From: Dehalococcoidia bacterium
Lineage (GTDB): Bacteria > Chloroflexota > Dehalococcoidia > Lucifugimonadales > UBA3495
Assembly: GCA_965221295.1 (NCBI GenBank)
Contig: OZ244879.1
Span: 623,252-687,251, forward strand
Direction of reading: 5' to 3'
Length of the DNA stretch: 64,000 nt
Shown here: positions 53,436-63,207 of the stretch, piece by piece
Position numbering within the stretch: the first letter of the stretch is position 1
Layout of the letters: every line of letters starts with the position of its first letter
Notes under the pieces: model-generated
Seen by the model: the letters and a program-made list of their open reading frames with translations, nothing else
Told to the model about the DNA's origin: nothing
Database searches by the model: none
Position numbers and translations under genes: made by a program

Positions 53436-54230
53436 CTAGTCCGCCACCGCGGGCTCAGGAACGTCCGTGGGTGGGCTGCTGGCGATGGCCTCCGCGCGCA
53501 CCGGAATGCGGCCGGCCAAGTAAGCTTGCCGTCCCGCCTCCACGCCTTTGCGGAAGGCGTCGGCCATGAGGGAAGGGTTCTCGGCCTGGGCGATGGCGGT
53601 GTTCACCAACACGGCGTCCGCTCCCATCTCCAGAGCCTTGGCGGCGTCCGATGGCACGGCCAGCCCGGCGTCCACCACCACTGGGACATTGGCGTTTTCC
53701 AGGATAATCCGTACTTCCTCGGTAGTGTGAATTCCCTGGCCCGATCCAATGGCGGAACCCAAGGGCATAACGGTAACGCAGCCAGCCTCTTCGAGGTTCT
53801 TGGCCAGTACCGGATCGGCGTGGATGTAAGGCAGAACCTTGAATCCCTCCTCAACCAACTGGCGGGCAGCCTCTAGGGTGCCGTTGGGGTCCGGGAACAG
53901 GTACTTGGCGTCGGGGATGACCTCCAGCTTGACGAAATCGGTTTGAGCGACCTCGCGACCCAAGCGCGCGACGAAAAGGGCTTCGTCCACAGTGCGGCAA
54001 CCGGCGGTGTTGGGTAGAATCCGGTATTTGTCCAGGTTTATGTGTTCCAGGATGTTCTGTTCGGGATTGTCCAGGTCCAACCGTCGGATGGCGACCGTAA
54101 CCATTTCGGTTCCCGACGCCTCCAGCGAATCGACCATCTCCTGCATACTGCGGTGCCGACCCGTTCCGACGATCAGCCGGGAATTGAACGACACGCCGCC
54201 TATCATCAGTTCATCGGCCATGGTTGCCAC
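53436..54230 (-). CDS. thiG: Thiazole synthase
   Basis: Contains [36 protein letters not shown] and [11 protein letters not shown]. Confidence 0.93.
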   Translation of the reverse strand: MATMADELMIGGVSFNSRLIVGTGRHRSMQEMVDSLEASGTEMVTVAIRRLDLDNPEQNILEHINLDKYRILPNTAGCRTVDEALFVARLGREVAQTDFVKLEVIPDAKYLFPDPNGTLEAARQLVEEGFKVLPYIHADPVLAKNLEEAGCVTVMPLGSAIGSGQGIHTTEEVRIILENANVPVVVDAGLAVPSDAAKALEMGADAVLVNTAIAQAENPSLMADAFRKGVEAGRQAYLAGRIPVRAEAIASSPPTDVPEPAVAD

Positions 54231-54267
54231 TCTCCTGTCTTTGCGCTCAAGGGCCGAACCCGTCGCC

Positions 54268-54303
54268 CTGAAATAAATCGCCGCCAGGCGGAAACCCGGC
54301 GGC
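54268..54303 (-). terminator. Probable attenuator terminator of the TPP riboswitch expression platform
   Basis: On the minus strand, gccgccggg tttccg cctggcggc forms a hairpin followed by gatttatttc. Confidence 0.45.
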
Positions 54304-54319
54304 CAATGAGAGCGCTACC

Positions 54320-54415
54320 TACTGTTCCTACGCCGGCATTACCCGAGTCAGGTACAGACGGTCGGCGACGAATTTGGTCGCCCTCTCAGCCTGGTTTCCC
54401 CAAGCTCCCGCCAGA
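54320..54415 (-). promoter_or_regulatory. TPP (THI-box) riboswitch
   Basis: The minus strand reads ...ggggaaaccaggCTGAGAgggcgacc...gaccgtctgtACCTGActcgGGTAATGCCGGCGTAGGAAc. This matches the conserved CUGAGA and ACCUGA...GGAUAAUGCCAGCG...GGGA cores. Confidence 0.8.
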
Positions 54416-54660
54416 AATCGCGTCAGGCATTCGATTGTCCCTTGAATGTAGCGCTTTGAGCTGCTCAAGTCAACGTGAACCGATTGTTTCGCGACTGGGC
54501 CGTCCCACCGTACCGTTGCCCTGGAGTCAAGCCGTTGGAACCGCGCGGGACCGCCCCAAGGTCTCGCCATCGCGAAGGGGGATGCGACGCGGCGACGTGA
54601 CGCAACGCTAACCATCGCTAGGAAGGAAGGGAACGGCCGTTGGTCATGGTCGATGAGTTT

Positions 54661-54750
54661 GCCGCGCTGCGCTCGCAATGACAGAAAAAATTGGCTCGCA
54701 ATGACAGAAAAAAAATTGGCTCGCTATGACAGGAAAAATTGGCTCGCGGT
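54661..54750. repeat. Three to four tandem units of about 23 nt carrying the gctcgcaatgaca arm of the 159-bp element
   Basis: gctcgcaatgacagaaaaaattg, gctcgcaatgacagaaaaaaaattg, gctcgctatgacaggaaaaattg and gctcgcggtg. Confidence 0.8.
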
Positions 54751-54888
54751 GTTTGGGGCGACAGGTTGGCATTGTTTGGGGTAGCGCACTTGCGCCGCCT
54801 GGCGGGCAGGTGGCAAGGCGTTATAACTGGACGATGGGGCCATTGACAAGGAATTGATGTCGGCGCACTATGTTGCGGCGTTTGCTGG

Positions 54889-56202
54889 TTGTCCATTGCT
54901 GAGGCCGCGCCCCATCAGGCGGTTTCGCCATCCTTCGAGGTTGCCCTTATTTTCGGAATAAGATTGCCCCGCCTGCACACCCTCGATTCGTGGCTGGCCT
55001 ACCGCGATTTCCGCCTGCTCTGGTTTGCGAACTTCTGCGCATTTGCCGGCCAATGGCTCCAGTTGTTGAGCATTGGCTGGTTGGTGAAGGAATTGTCCGC
55101 CGGGTCGGGTGTGGGCGGCCTGCTCGTCCTCTCCGCCAGCGCGCTGAACACCCTGCCGGGAATCGTCGTCAACCCGCTCACGGGAGCGCTGGGCGATCGC
55201 TTCGACCGTCGCAAACTCGCCATTGTGGTCCAATCCATCGCCGCAGCCTTGGCGCTGGCGTTCGCTCTCCTGGTGTATTCGGACTACATCCGGCCCTGGC
55301 ATGCCTACGCCTACGTCCTGATCTCAGGTTGTTGCCTGGCCATCACGCAGCCCATCCAGCAGGTGATGATATCCAACACCGTGCCCCAGAGAGCGGTGAC
55401 CAACGCCTATGCCATCAACACGCTAACGATAACCGGCACCAGGATAGGCGCGTTCGCCGGCGGCATCCTGATCGCGAGCCTTGGCTTTCACTGGAGCTTC
55501 GCTCTAGAGGCGGCTCTGTATCTGGGCGTGGTCATCATGCTGATACCCATGCGCACGCCGTACTCCTCCTCCGAACCACCGGGGTCTTCCAACGGCTTCA
55601 ACCCGGTTGGGGACATTGTCAACGGCATCCGGCGCCTCTGGCGCGACCATCGCGAAGTCTTGCAGATCGCCCTGCTGTCCGTGATTCCCAACACCGTTCT
55701 GCATCCCCTGTGGTTCCTGCTGCCCCTGTTCACCGTTGAGGTACTGCAAGCCCACGCGGACACGGGCGGCTACCTGCTGGCCGCTACGGGCGCGGGCGGT
55801 CTGGTCTCCACTCTGTGCATCGCGACGTGGGGTTTCCAGTTCCGGCGAGGCCGTATTCTGTTCGCCGCGGCCATCTTGAGCTCGCTGAGCACCATGTTGT
55901 TTTCTCAATGCTCGTGGCAGTGGGCGGCGTTCATCGTGCTGGGGCTGATGTCCTTCTTCCAAGCTTACTTCCGCACCACTGCCGGCGCCCTGGTGCTGAC
56001 CATTGTTCCCGACCAGTACCGCGCCCGCACCATGGCGTTGCTGGCGTATGAACGATCTTTCCTGATCGGTGTGAGCATCGTCGTGGGCATCCTTGCCGAC
56101 TTCACGTCCGCGTCCATGGCCATATTGACCATTGGCGCCTTGGGGCTGAGCCTATCGTTGGCCTGTTTGGCCAGCCTGGGCCGGGTGCGAACGTTGGCCT
56201 AG
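54889..56202 (+). CDS. MFS transporter (start uncertain)
   Basis: Polytopic hydrophobic pattern, with GALGDRFDRRK after TM2. Confidence 0.8.
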   Translation: MSIAEAAPHQAVSPSFEVALIFGIRLPRLHTLDSWLAYRDFRLLWFANFCAFAGQWLQLLSIGWLVKELSAGSGVGGLLVLSASALNTLPGIVVNPLTGALGDRFDRRKLAIVVQSIAAALALAFALLVYSDYIRPWHAYAYVLISGCCLAITQPIQQVMISNTVPQRAVTNAYAINTLTITGTRIGAFAGGILIASLGFHWSFALEAALYLGVVIMLIPMRTPYSSSEPPGSSNGFNPVGDIVNGIRRLWRDHREVLQIALLSVIPNTVLHPLWFLLPLFTVEVLQAHADTGGYLLAATGAGGLVSTLCIATWGFQFRRGRILFAAAILSSLSTMLFSQCSWQWAAFIVLGLMSFFQAYFRTTAGALVLTIVPDQYRARTMALLAYERSFLIGVSIVVGILADFTSASMAILTIGALGLSLSLACLASLGRVRTLA

Positions 56203-56622
56203 CGGCCGTGACGTTGCGTCCGACACGCAAACGTCCCAGCCCATAGCTAAAGCGGCGCGGCCGTGCCGGGCCCGCGCCGGGGCGTCAGTTGCGGTCAACC
56301 AGATTGCCGCGCAGGGATCGCATTGCCATGCGGGGATCTCCTGGCGAACGATGGATCTTCTAGCGAACGAGTGATGGAAGGTGGAGCCTCGCGGCGGCGA
56401 GCCGGAGGCGGAATTGACGGCGACGGTCGATGGCGTTCGCCCATGTCAATCGGCGGCGGGGCCATGAGGCGTGGAGGTTGATTCATCTCCGCAATCTCAA
56501 TGGCAAGCGACACGACTCGTGGGCGAATCGGGATGGTTGGGCCGGCATGTGCTATGATATGCGTTCAGAATGCAAGCCACGCGGGCGCGGGATGGCGCTC
56601 CGCATTCAGGAGTCCCTGCACT

Positions 56623-56931
56623 ATGACCACCCAGGCGGTTACCCTTGAACTCGAACCCCGCGAGACACTGGGCAAGAAGGTTAGAGCCTTGCGTCGCGCT
56701 GGCATCGTGCCGGCGCACCTCTACGGGCGAGGCTCCGAGTCCCGTGCCCTGCAATGTGAGACGCGGACCTTGCTACGCGCCATCAGCAGGGCTGGCGGCG
56801 AGTACGGCCAGCCCATGACCGTCAGCATCGCCGGCGAATCCGGCCAATACACCGCCGAAGCTTCCGAGATCCAGTGGGACCCGCGTACCGGCGATGTGCT
56901 GCACGTTGACTTTCGCATCGTTTCGCCCTGA
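56623..56931 (+). CDS. rplY: 50S ribosomal protein L25 (short form)
   Basis: Contains LELEPRETLGKKVRALRRAGIVPAHLYG and DVLHVDF. Confidence 0.8.
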   Translation: MTTQAVTLELEPRETLGKKVRALRRAGIVPAHLYGRGSESRALQCETRTLLRAISRAGGEYGQPMTVSIAGESGQYTAEASEIQWDPRTGDVLHVDFRIVSP

Positions 56932-57015
56932 TCATGCGGCAATGATATTTGGGCGCCGCATTTGGTCCGTATCCAAACGCCGCCGCGTTTCCGCTCTCGG
57001 CCCAGGAGGCCCACG

Positions 57016-57786
57016 ATGTACCTGATCTTCCTCAGCGAGTCTGGCATCACCGGCGCCAGCGCCAACGACCCCAGTCAGCCGCACCACGTACACGCCGGCC
57101 TCCTCGTTCAGGAAAGTCAGTACATATCGATGTCCGGCGAGTACGAAGCCCTGGTGCGGCGCCATTTTGGCAGCCCTCCTGGCGGCGACGGGGCGCCTGC
57201 CGAACTCAATCCGCGCCACGTTTACCAGGGCGCCGGCCCGTTCAGGTCCTGGCGGCCCGACCAACGCGCCGAGTTGATCCAAGACTGCCTGAGCATTCTC
57301 ATCCGGCGGGAAACGCCGCTGATCGTTTCCTACATCAACAAGGAAGAATACGCCACCGCCGTGGCCACCGAGGGCAACCCGCTCTATGGGCATACCGACC
57401 CTTCTCGCCTGGCGTTCAGTCGGTTTCTCCTGGCCCTCACCATGTTCCTCGACGAGAACGTCATGGCGCAGATGAACCCCGATGACATCATGCAGTCTTC
57501 CTGGAACGTGAATGACTACGCGATGCTGATGGCCGGTTCGGAATCGCCCTCCATTTCCGCCGCGTTGTCGGAGTTCCTGAGTGATGAATCAGATTCCATC
57601 GCTCCCTCCATCTACGACGACCTCATCGTGGCGCCGCCCGCGACCTGCATCGGCTCTCAGTTGGTCAACATCTGCGCCTACTTCGTGCGTCGTTGGCTAC
57701 AGCAACCCGACGCGCCCCACAGCTATTTTGAAGCCTTGCGCGATGGCCGCGTCATCCAGGTGATCTACCCCTACCATTTCGATTAG
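57016..57786 (+). CDS. Hypothetical protein, possibly DUF3800-like
   Basis: The ATG at 57016 follows AGGAGG. The N-terminal MYLIFLSESG resembles the DUF3800 start (xYxxxDESG), but the Asp is replaced. Assigned from memory only. Confidence 0.45.
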   Translation: MYLIFLSESGITGASANDPSQPHHVHAGLLVQESQYISMSGEYEALVRRHFGSPPGGDGAPAELNPRHVYQGAGPFRSWRPDQRAELIQDCLSILIRRETPLIVSYINKEEYATAVATEGNPLYGHTDPSRLAFSRFLLALTMFLDENVMAQMNPDDIMQSSWNVNDYAMLMAGSESPSISAALSEFLSDESDSIAPSIYDDLIVAPPATCIGSQLVNICAYFVRRWLQQPDAPHSYFEALRDGRVIQVIYPYHFD

Positions 57787-58116
57787 ACCGCCGCCAGCCG
57801 GCCGGCCGAACCTAGCGCGGTTTGAGCTTGGTTCAGCTGGTGTCGGGGAACCTGTTGAGGCCGGCGCAGGCAATGGACTGGACCGCCTTCGTGATGGCGG
57901 GCTCGCGGTTCACAATGGCGTTGGCGTCGCGGCATCAGCAGGCCAGGCGCTTCCAGCCGTTCGCGGCCCTAACCGAACCGTCCGATCACCGCGTTGTGCG
58001 GCAAAGCGACGCCGCTCACTGCCAATGCCTGCCGCGTTATAGCGCCCGCCAATCTCTTCGCAGAGTCGCGAAACGCCCGCCCAAAAACGGTGATATACTA
58101 CGTGCGGGCCGTACCA

Positions 58117-58575
58117 ATGATCGATCGTGAAAGTGATGAAACCCCGCTGCCGTGGCCAAAAAGCGAATCTAGAGAGTCGATTTGGAGCGTTCCGGCCGGA
58201 TGGGGCAGACCCTGTTTCCTTGCGTTTTGCGTAATGACCATTGGAATCACGACGTTTTTGACTTGGCACGACCTGCGGCTTTCGTCCATTTTCAGCAGTT
58301 CTGATGTTGCGGCGGCGACGATCCGGAATATTTTCCCCAGCGGAGGGGCCTCCGCCGTAATGATCATCATTCTTGCCGAGGCGGTGCAGTACATCATGTC
58401 AACATTGGAATACCTCAGGAGCAAGTGGGTCAAACCCATAATCGAACAGCATCGCGCCGACGGGCGGGCGGAAATGCACAAGTTGATTCGCCAGTGGGTG
58501 GAGCGTCGCGACGCCGCTCTGCAAGCGGGAGAGGCTTTCGACGAGCCGTTCCCTTCTCCAGACGATCTTCGATAG
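58117..58575 (+). CDS. Hypothetical small membrane protein
   Basis: A 152-aa ORF with two hydrophobic segments and a charged helical tail. Its 3' two-thirds are duplicated immediately downstream. Confidence 0.55.
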   Translation: MIDRESDETPLPWPKSESRESIWSVPAGWGRPCFLAFCVMTIGITTFLTWHDLRLSSIFSSSDVAAATIRNIFPSGGASAVMIIILAEAVQYIMSTLEYLRSKWVKPIIEQHRADGRAEMHKLIRQWVERRDAALQAGEAFDEPFPSPDDLR

Positions 58576-58960
58576 CGCGCGCTGATCGGTTTCAGCTTCG
58601 CATTCTGCTCGCCACTACGTCATCAGTTCTGATGTTGCGGCGGCGACGATCCGGAATATTTTCCCAGCGGAGGGGCCTCCGCCGTAATGATCATCATTCT
58701 TGCCGAGGCGATTCAGTACATCATGGCAACGTTGGATTATCTCAGGAGCAAGTGGGTCAAACCCATAATCGAACAGCATCGCGCCGAAGGCCGCGCCGAC
58801 GGGCGGGCGGAAATGCACAAGTTGATCCGCCAGTGGGTGGAGCGTCGGGACGCCGCCCTGCAAGCAGGTAAGGATTTCGATGAACCGTTCCCTTCGCCAG
58901 ACGATCTTCGATAGCGCGCGCTGATCGGTTTCAGCGTCGCGTTCTGCTCGCCACTACGCC
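58296..58960 (+). repeat. Direct tandem duplication (two copies, period 328 bp)
   Basis: 58296-58623 is repeated at 58624 to about 58960 with a few substitutions, a 12-nt insertion (gaaggccgcgcc) and a 1-nt deletion (ttttcccc to ttttccc). Each copy includes the stop codon and about 45 nt of 3' flank. Confidence 0.88.
58687..58914 (+). pseudogene. Duplicated 3' fragment of the upstream membrane-protein gene
   Basis: It is the same reading frame as copy 1 but is cut off from any N-terminal part by the 1-nt deletion. The only start available is an internal Met (MIIILAEAIQY...). Confidence 0.5.
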
Positions 58961-59000
58961 AACAGCATTTGAAATGGTCGACCCCCAGTAGGCCCGCCTC

Positions 59001-59903
59001 TTGAAAATACTGCTCACCAACGACGATGGAATCCATGCCACGGGGCTGTGGGCCGCCGCCCGCAGCCTTTCTGCAGTCGGTGAAGTGGCCGTGGTCGCCC
59101 CTGACCGCGAGCAGTCCGGCGTGGGGGCGTCGATGACGCTGCACGCGCCACTGTTTGTCCACCAGGTTCCGGCGGAGCAATACCTGCTGCAGTATGCCCC
59201 CGGCGATGACTCGCCTCCACGCAGCGCCGACGCTGTGCCCGAACCCTCGGACGACGCGACGCTGGACCTGCCCCATCCCATCAACGCGTGGGCCGTGCAG
59301 GGCACCCCCGCCGATTCGTGCATCTTGGCGCTGGAGCAACTGGTCGACCCAAAGCCCGACCTGGTGGTCAGCGGGATCAACCGGGGCTCCAACATGGGCT
59401 GGGACGTCATCGTCTCCGGCACTGTGGGCGCGGCCGTGCAAGGATTCGTGCGGGGTTATCCGACCATCGCCATCTCTGTCGGTTCCGTGCAGGCGCCGCG
59501 CTACGGTCTGGCTGCCCAGGTGGTGGCGGCGCTGGCCAGCAGGCTGGGGGACGCGCCAGCGGTATCCCCTCCCTACTTTCTCAACGTCAACGTGCCCAAC
59601 GAACCGGCGGAAAATGTCGCCGGCGTGGCGGTCACCCGGTTGGGTGGGCGCGCCTACGGAGAATCGGTTCGAGCCGAAGATTCCTTCGGACACCGCCGCT
59701 ATTGGATCTCGCGGAACCGCCCGATTCTATCCGGCGGCGAGGGCACCGACATCACAGCGCACAAGGACAACAATATCACCATCACGCCGATGGGATTGGC
59801 GTTTTCCACCACCGACGAGCGCATGGCGTTGGTGCAGGGGTTGGTGGACCGGGCTGGTTTGCTACCGTCTGCGGCGCCGGCTGCGAACGCTGCCCCGGTT
59901 TGA
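59001..59903 (+). CDS. surE: 5'/3'-nucleotidase SurE (TTG start)
   Basis: Contains KILLTNDDGIHATGL and SGINRGSNMG. An insertion of about 35 aa follows the first third. Confidence 0.9.
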   Translation: MKILLTNDDGIHATGLWAAARSLSAVGEVAVVAPDREQSGVGASMTLHAPLFVHQVPAEQYLLQYAPGDDSPPRSADAVPEPSDDATLDLPHPINAWAVQGTPADSCILALEQLVDPKPDLVVSGINRGSNMGWDVIVSGTVGAAVQGFVRGYPTIAISVGSVQAPRYGLAAQVVAALASRLGDAPAVSPPYFLNVNVPNEPAENVAGVAVTRLGGRAYGESVRAEDSFGHRRYWISRNRPILSGGEGTDITAHKDNNITITPMGLAFSTTDERMALVQGLVDRAGLLPSAAPAANAAPV

Positions 59904-60410
59904 CCGGCGTCGCGGCTCGCCGGCGGTTTGGCGACTGTGGCCGGCTGCCTCCGTAGGCTCTTGGCGTTCGTACCAAGCGAACCCACCGGCATCCCGGATC
60001 CGCCGAATGCGCGGCCGGTCCTTCAACAGCCACAGCGATTGGGTGAGGATGGTCAACGCGACGCCGGGCGCCGCCAGCGCGAGCATGGTCGGATCCACCA
60101 GCGATTCACCGTTCTGCCAGCGCGATTGCGTCCTGAGGAAGATCCAGCCTCCGCCGACGATGATCCATGCCCATGACAGCGCGCCGGATACCACCCCGTC
60201 GTGCCACGGCGACCGGATGAACAACACCGCGCTACAGGGCCACCAGACAAAGGTGGGCACGATGAACCATCCCTGGTAGTACCAGGGTTTGAGGGCATCC
60301 GGCGGGGTTGGCGGCGCCGAAACTTGACCGGAGGCATCGGGCCGGGCGCTGGGATGGCGGGCGTCGTTCGCATCCGGCGGCTGTTGTTCGTTGCGATCAG
60401 GTACTGGCAT
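59862..60410 (-). CDS. Hypothetical membrane protein
   Basis: The ATG at 60410 gives a Trp-rich product with 3-4 hydrophobic segments. Its 3' end overlaps surE convergently. No family recognised. Confidence 0.5.
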   Translation of the reverse strand: MPVPDRNEQQPPDANDARHPSARPDASGQVSAPPTPPDALKPWYYQGWFIVPTFVWWPCSAVLFIRSPWHDGVVSGALSWAWIIVGGGWIFLRTQSRWQNGESLVDPTMLALAAPGVALTILTQSLWLLKDRPRIRRIRDAGGFAWYERQEPTEAAGHSRQTAGEPRRRSNRGSVRSRRRRR

Positions 60411-60427
60411 GGCCAGGAGTCTTCCGG

Positions 60428-60751
60428 TCAGTTTCGGGCCAGCAGCATGTGGAATTCCAGTTCGCCCAAATGCCGGCCCTCGTTGATCGATGCCGCCGCG
60501 TATTCTAAGCACATTCGAGCAAACCCGGGGTACTCGTAAACGTTGCTTCCCAGTACAACGTTAGGAACAACCGCCTGCAGGTCCACTTCAAGGCAGTTGG
60601 GGTCGCGCTCGTTGACCGACAAAAACACCTCGCGGCCGGTTACCCGTTGCAGCTTGTCGCGCATTCGCTCTACGAACTTCGCGTTTTCCATTTCTTCGGG
60701 CTCTGTACGGTGGGTTCGGGGGTCCGCCAGTAGCCGCAAAAATGGTATCAC
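60428..60751 (-). CDS. Hypothetical protein (107 aa)
   Basis: Protein-like composition. It lies 17 nt upstream of the membrane-protein gene on the same strand. Confidence 0.5.
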   Translation of the reverse strand: MIPFLRLLADPRTHRTEPEEMENAKFVERMRDKLQRVTGREVFLSVNERDPNCLEVDLQAVVPNVVLGSNVYEYPGFARMCLEYAAASINEGRHLGELEFHMLLARN

Positions 60752-60935
60752 ACTTCGACCTGACCTTCGGCGTGGCGCTATCGTTCATGGTTCCGCCGCA
60801 TTTTTGGCGTTATCCTGCATTGGCGCCTGGGGAAGGGCGCCAGGAGGCGCGTCGCCGGAGACGCGGGGCGGTATGTTATGATTGGCCCGCCCCCAACGAC
60901 GGGTGGTGGCAACCGCCCGTTCCCATCGTTACGGT

Positions 60936-62318
60936 ATGGATAATTTCCCGGCCGCTTTGATTGCCCGCTGGATTAAGCCTCGCTGGATCAGGCCCCAATG
61001 GATCAGGACGTATGGCGCCGTGGTCCTGGCGGTGGCGCTGGCGGTCAATTTGATCACCAGCTTCTCCCTGTATGTTCAAGCGTTGACCATCCCAGGGATG
61101 AAGGGCAGTTTCGATCTCTCCTACACCACGGTTTTCGTGCTGGTGGTGGCGGTGTCGGTTTCGAGAGTCCTCTCGGGGCTGCTGTCCGGCGCCGCGGCCG
61201 CGCGTTACGGCGGCCGCTGGATGGTCACCAGCAGCGTCTTCCTACAGGCGGCGGCCATGGCGTTGTTGGGGTGGTCGCCCAACTACTGGGTGGCGCTGCT
61301 GGCAATGGTAGCGGTCGGCGTTGCATCGGGAGCGGCTCTGACGCCCATGATGGGCATGTTGACCCCCTGGTTTCGGACCGGCGACCGAGGCATGGCCGCT
61401 GGCATCGCGGCCACCGGCGGCAGCCTGGCCATCATATTCACGGGCGCTATCGTTCCGCCGCTGACCGCAATGTTCGGCGAGGAAGCCTGGCGGTACACCT
61501 GGTACGTCCTGGCGGTTGGTAGCGTCATCATCGGGGCGCTTTGCGTTGGTTTCATCCGGGAGTCTCCGGGTGAAGCGACGCCCTACCCGGAACGCCTGGC
61601 ATCGGCCGCCGATTCAAGGCCGCAACCACCCACACGGCGCGGACCCGCGGGCTGGCCGGTGCAGGTGTACACCAATCCCCTGGTATGGCTGATCACCGCC
61701 ATGGCCTTTTGTTCCGGGTTTATCCACGGCATCCTGACCTCCAGTTACGGAGCCTATCTTGGCGGAGAGCGCGGAATCGACGTCGCCATCGTGGGCGGGT
61801 TGTTTATGGCCATCGGCATCCTGAGCGTCGGCAGCGGGGTAGGTTCGGGCGCGTTGTCAGATCGGGTTGGACGCGGCATGGCGTTTGGCGTAACGTTCCT
61901 GCTGGAAGCGGTGTGCCATGCCCTTTTCTGGCTGGCTCCGGATCTGGTCTCCTTCGTCATCGCTTCGGCCCTGGCCGGATTCGCGCTGCGCTCCACCTAT
62001 ACCATCTGCGCGGCCGCGGCCGGGGATTACGTGCCGATGTACATGGCTCCGGCCGCCTTCGGATTGATGGGCATGGGCGCGGGAATTGGCGGCGCCGTTT
62101 CCCCGGCCATTTCGGGACCCATCGCCGACGCGACTGGCACGCTGGCTTGGTCCTTCGCCATGGCCTCGGGAGTTGCGGTGATCGGAGCGTCGCTGGGTTT
62201 CACCCTTCATTGGATCACCAGGGATGGCGAGGCCGGGGCCGCCGATTCAGGCCGCGACATCAGCATGACCGCAGCGGGCCAAGAGCCCAGACCGAACCGC
62301 GATCAGACCGAACGATGA
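60936..62318 (+). CDS. MFS transporter (start uncertain)
   Basis: Polytopic, with a 12-TM-like pattern. Confidence 0.8.
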   Translation: MDNFPAALIARWIKPRWIRPQWIRTYGAVVLAVALAVNLITSFSLYVQALTIPGMKGSFDLSYTTVFVLVVAVSVSRVLSGLLSGAAAARYGGRWMVTSSVFLQAAAMALLGWSPNYWVALLAMVAVGVASGAALTPMMGMLTPWFRTGDRGMAAGIAATGGSLAIIFTGAIVPPLTAMFGEEAWRYTWYVLAVGSVIIGALCVGFIRESPGEATPYPERLASAADSRPQPPTRRGPAGWPVQVYTNPLVWLITAMAFCSGFIHGILTSSYGAYLGGERGIDVAIVGGLFMAIGILSVGSGVGSGALSDRVGRGMAFGVTFLLEAVCHALFWLAPDLVSFVIASALAGFALRSTYTICAAAAGDYVPMYMAPAAFGLMGMGAGIGGAVSPAISGPIADATGTLAWSFAMASGVAVIGASLGFTLHWITRDGEAGAADSGRDISMTAAGQEPRPNRDQTER

Positions 62319-63064
62319 CTGAACAACCCTCAGGAGATGGAAAACCAGTGGCACAACAATCCAGCTTGAAATTCAACCGCGCTATGGTGGTGGTCGCCCA
62401 CGCCGACGATGCCGAGTGGGGGTGCGCCGGCACGGTGGCCCGCCTGTGCGCCGAAGGTTGCTCGGTCGCTTACGTCGTGTGCACCGATGGCAGCAAGGGC
62501 AGCGATGACCCGAACATCACCGCCGAACAGCTGGTGAAGACGCGGGAATCGGAGCAGCGGGCGGCGGCCAGAATCCTGGGGCTGTCGGAAGTGTTCTTCC
62601 TGGGGTATCCTGACGCCTACCTGGAGTCCACGTTGCAGCTGCGTCGGGATATTTCTCGCGCCATTCGGACGCACCGGCCCGAACTGCTCATTTGCATGAA
62701 CCCGGTGCGCAATCTGGACGGCAGCGGGTATATCGACCACCCGGATCACTTCGCCTCCGGGGACGCCGCCATGGGCGCGGTGTATCCGGCTGCCCGCGAC
62801 CGTCTGACCTTCCCCGAACTGCTGCATGAGGAAGGACTGGAGCCGCATAAGGTGCGAGAGGTATGGGTGATGGGACGCGCCGAACCCGACCACGTTGTGG
62901 ATGTAACCGACCACATCGAAACCGCGGTGGCGGCCCTGCGGGCCCACCGCAGCCAGGTGGATCCAGAGGCCGCCGACCGCCACCTGAAGGAATGGCGGCG
63001 ACGCGACGGCCAACGGATCAACGTTGACTACGCTGAAGTTTTCAAGAGGTTCAGCCTGGGGTAA
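62315..63064 (+). CDS. PIG-L/LmbE family deacetylase
   Basis: Contains VVVAHADDAEWGCAG, CTDGSKG and HPDH. The ATGA start/stop overlaps the upstream MFS gene. Confidence 0.8.
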   Translation: MTEQPSGDGKPVAQQSSLKFNRAMVVVAHADDAEWGCAGTVARLCAEGCSVAYVVCTDGSKGSDDPNITAEQLVKTRESEQRAAARILGLSEVFFLGYPDAYLESTLQLRRDISRAIRTHRPELLICMNPVRNLDGSGYIDHPDHFASGDAAMGAVYPAARDRLTFPELLHEEGLEPHKVREVWVMGRAEPDHVVDVTDHIETAVAALRAHRSQVDPEAADRHLKEWRRRDGQRINVDYAEVFKRFSLG

Positions 63065-63207
63065 GCTCCCCGGGTGGCAGAACGGCGTCCAACGGTGCTA
63101 ACCCCCTAGCCCAGCGGCGGCAAAAGTGGTATCGTTGGCCAGATCGGTTGGCCGGCGCCGCCGGCCCAGTTCAGGTTGCGTACTTTCCATTCAAGGAGGA
63201 GGGAATC

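Noticed and set aside
57822-58130. 102-aa ORF upstream of the small membrane-protein gene, and the 5' extension of ORF 57994..58575
   Set aside because: There is no ribosome-binding context and the composition is shadow-like. The ATG at 58117 gives a coherent membrane protein.
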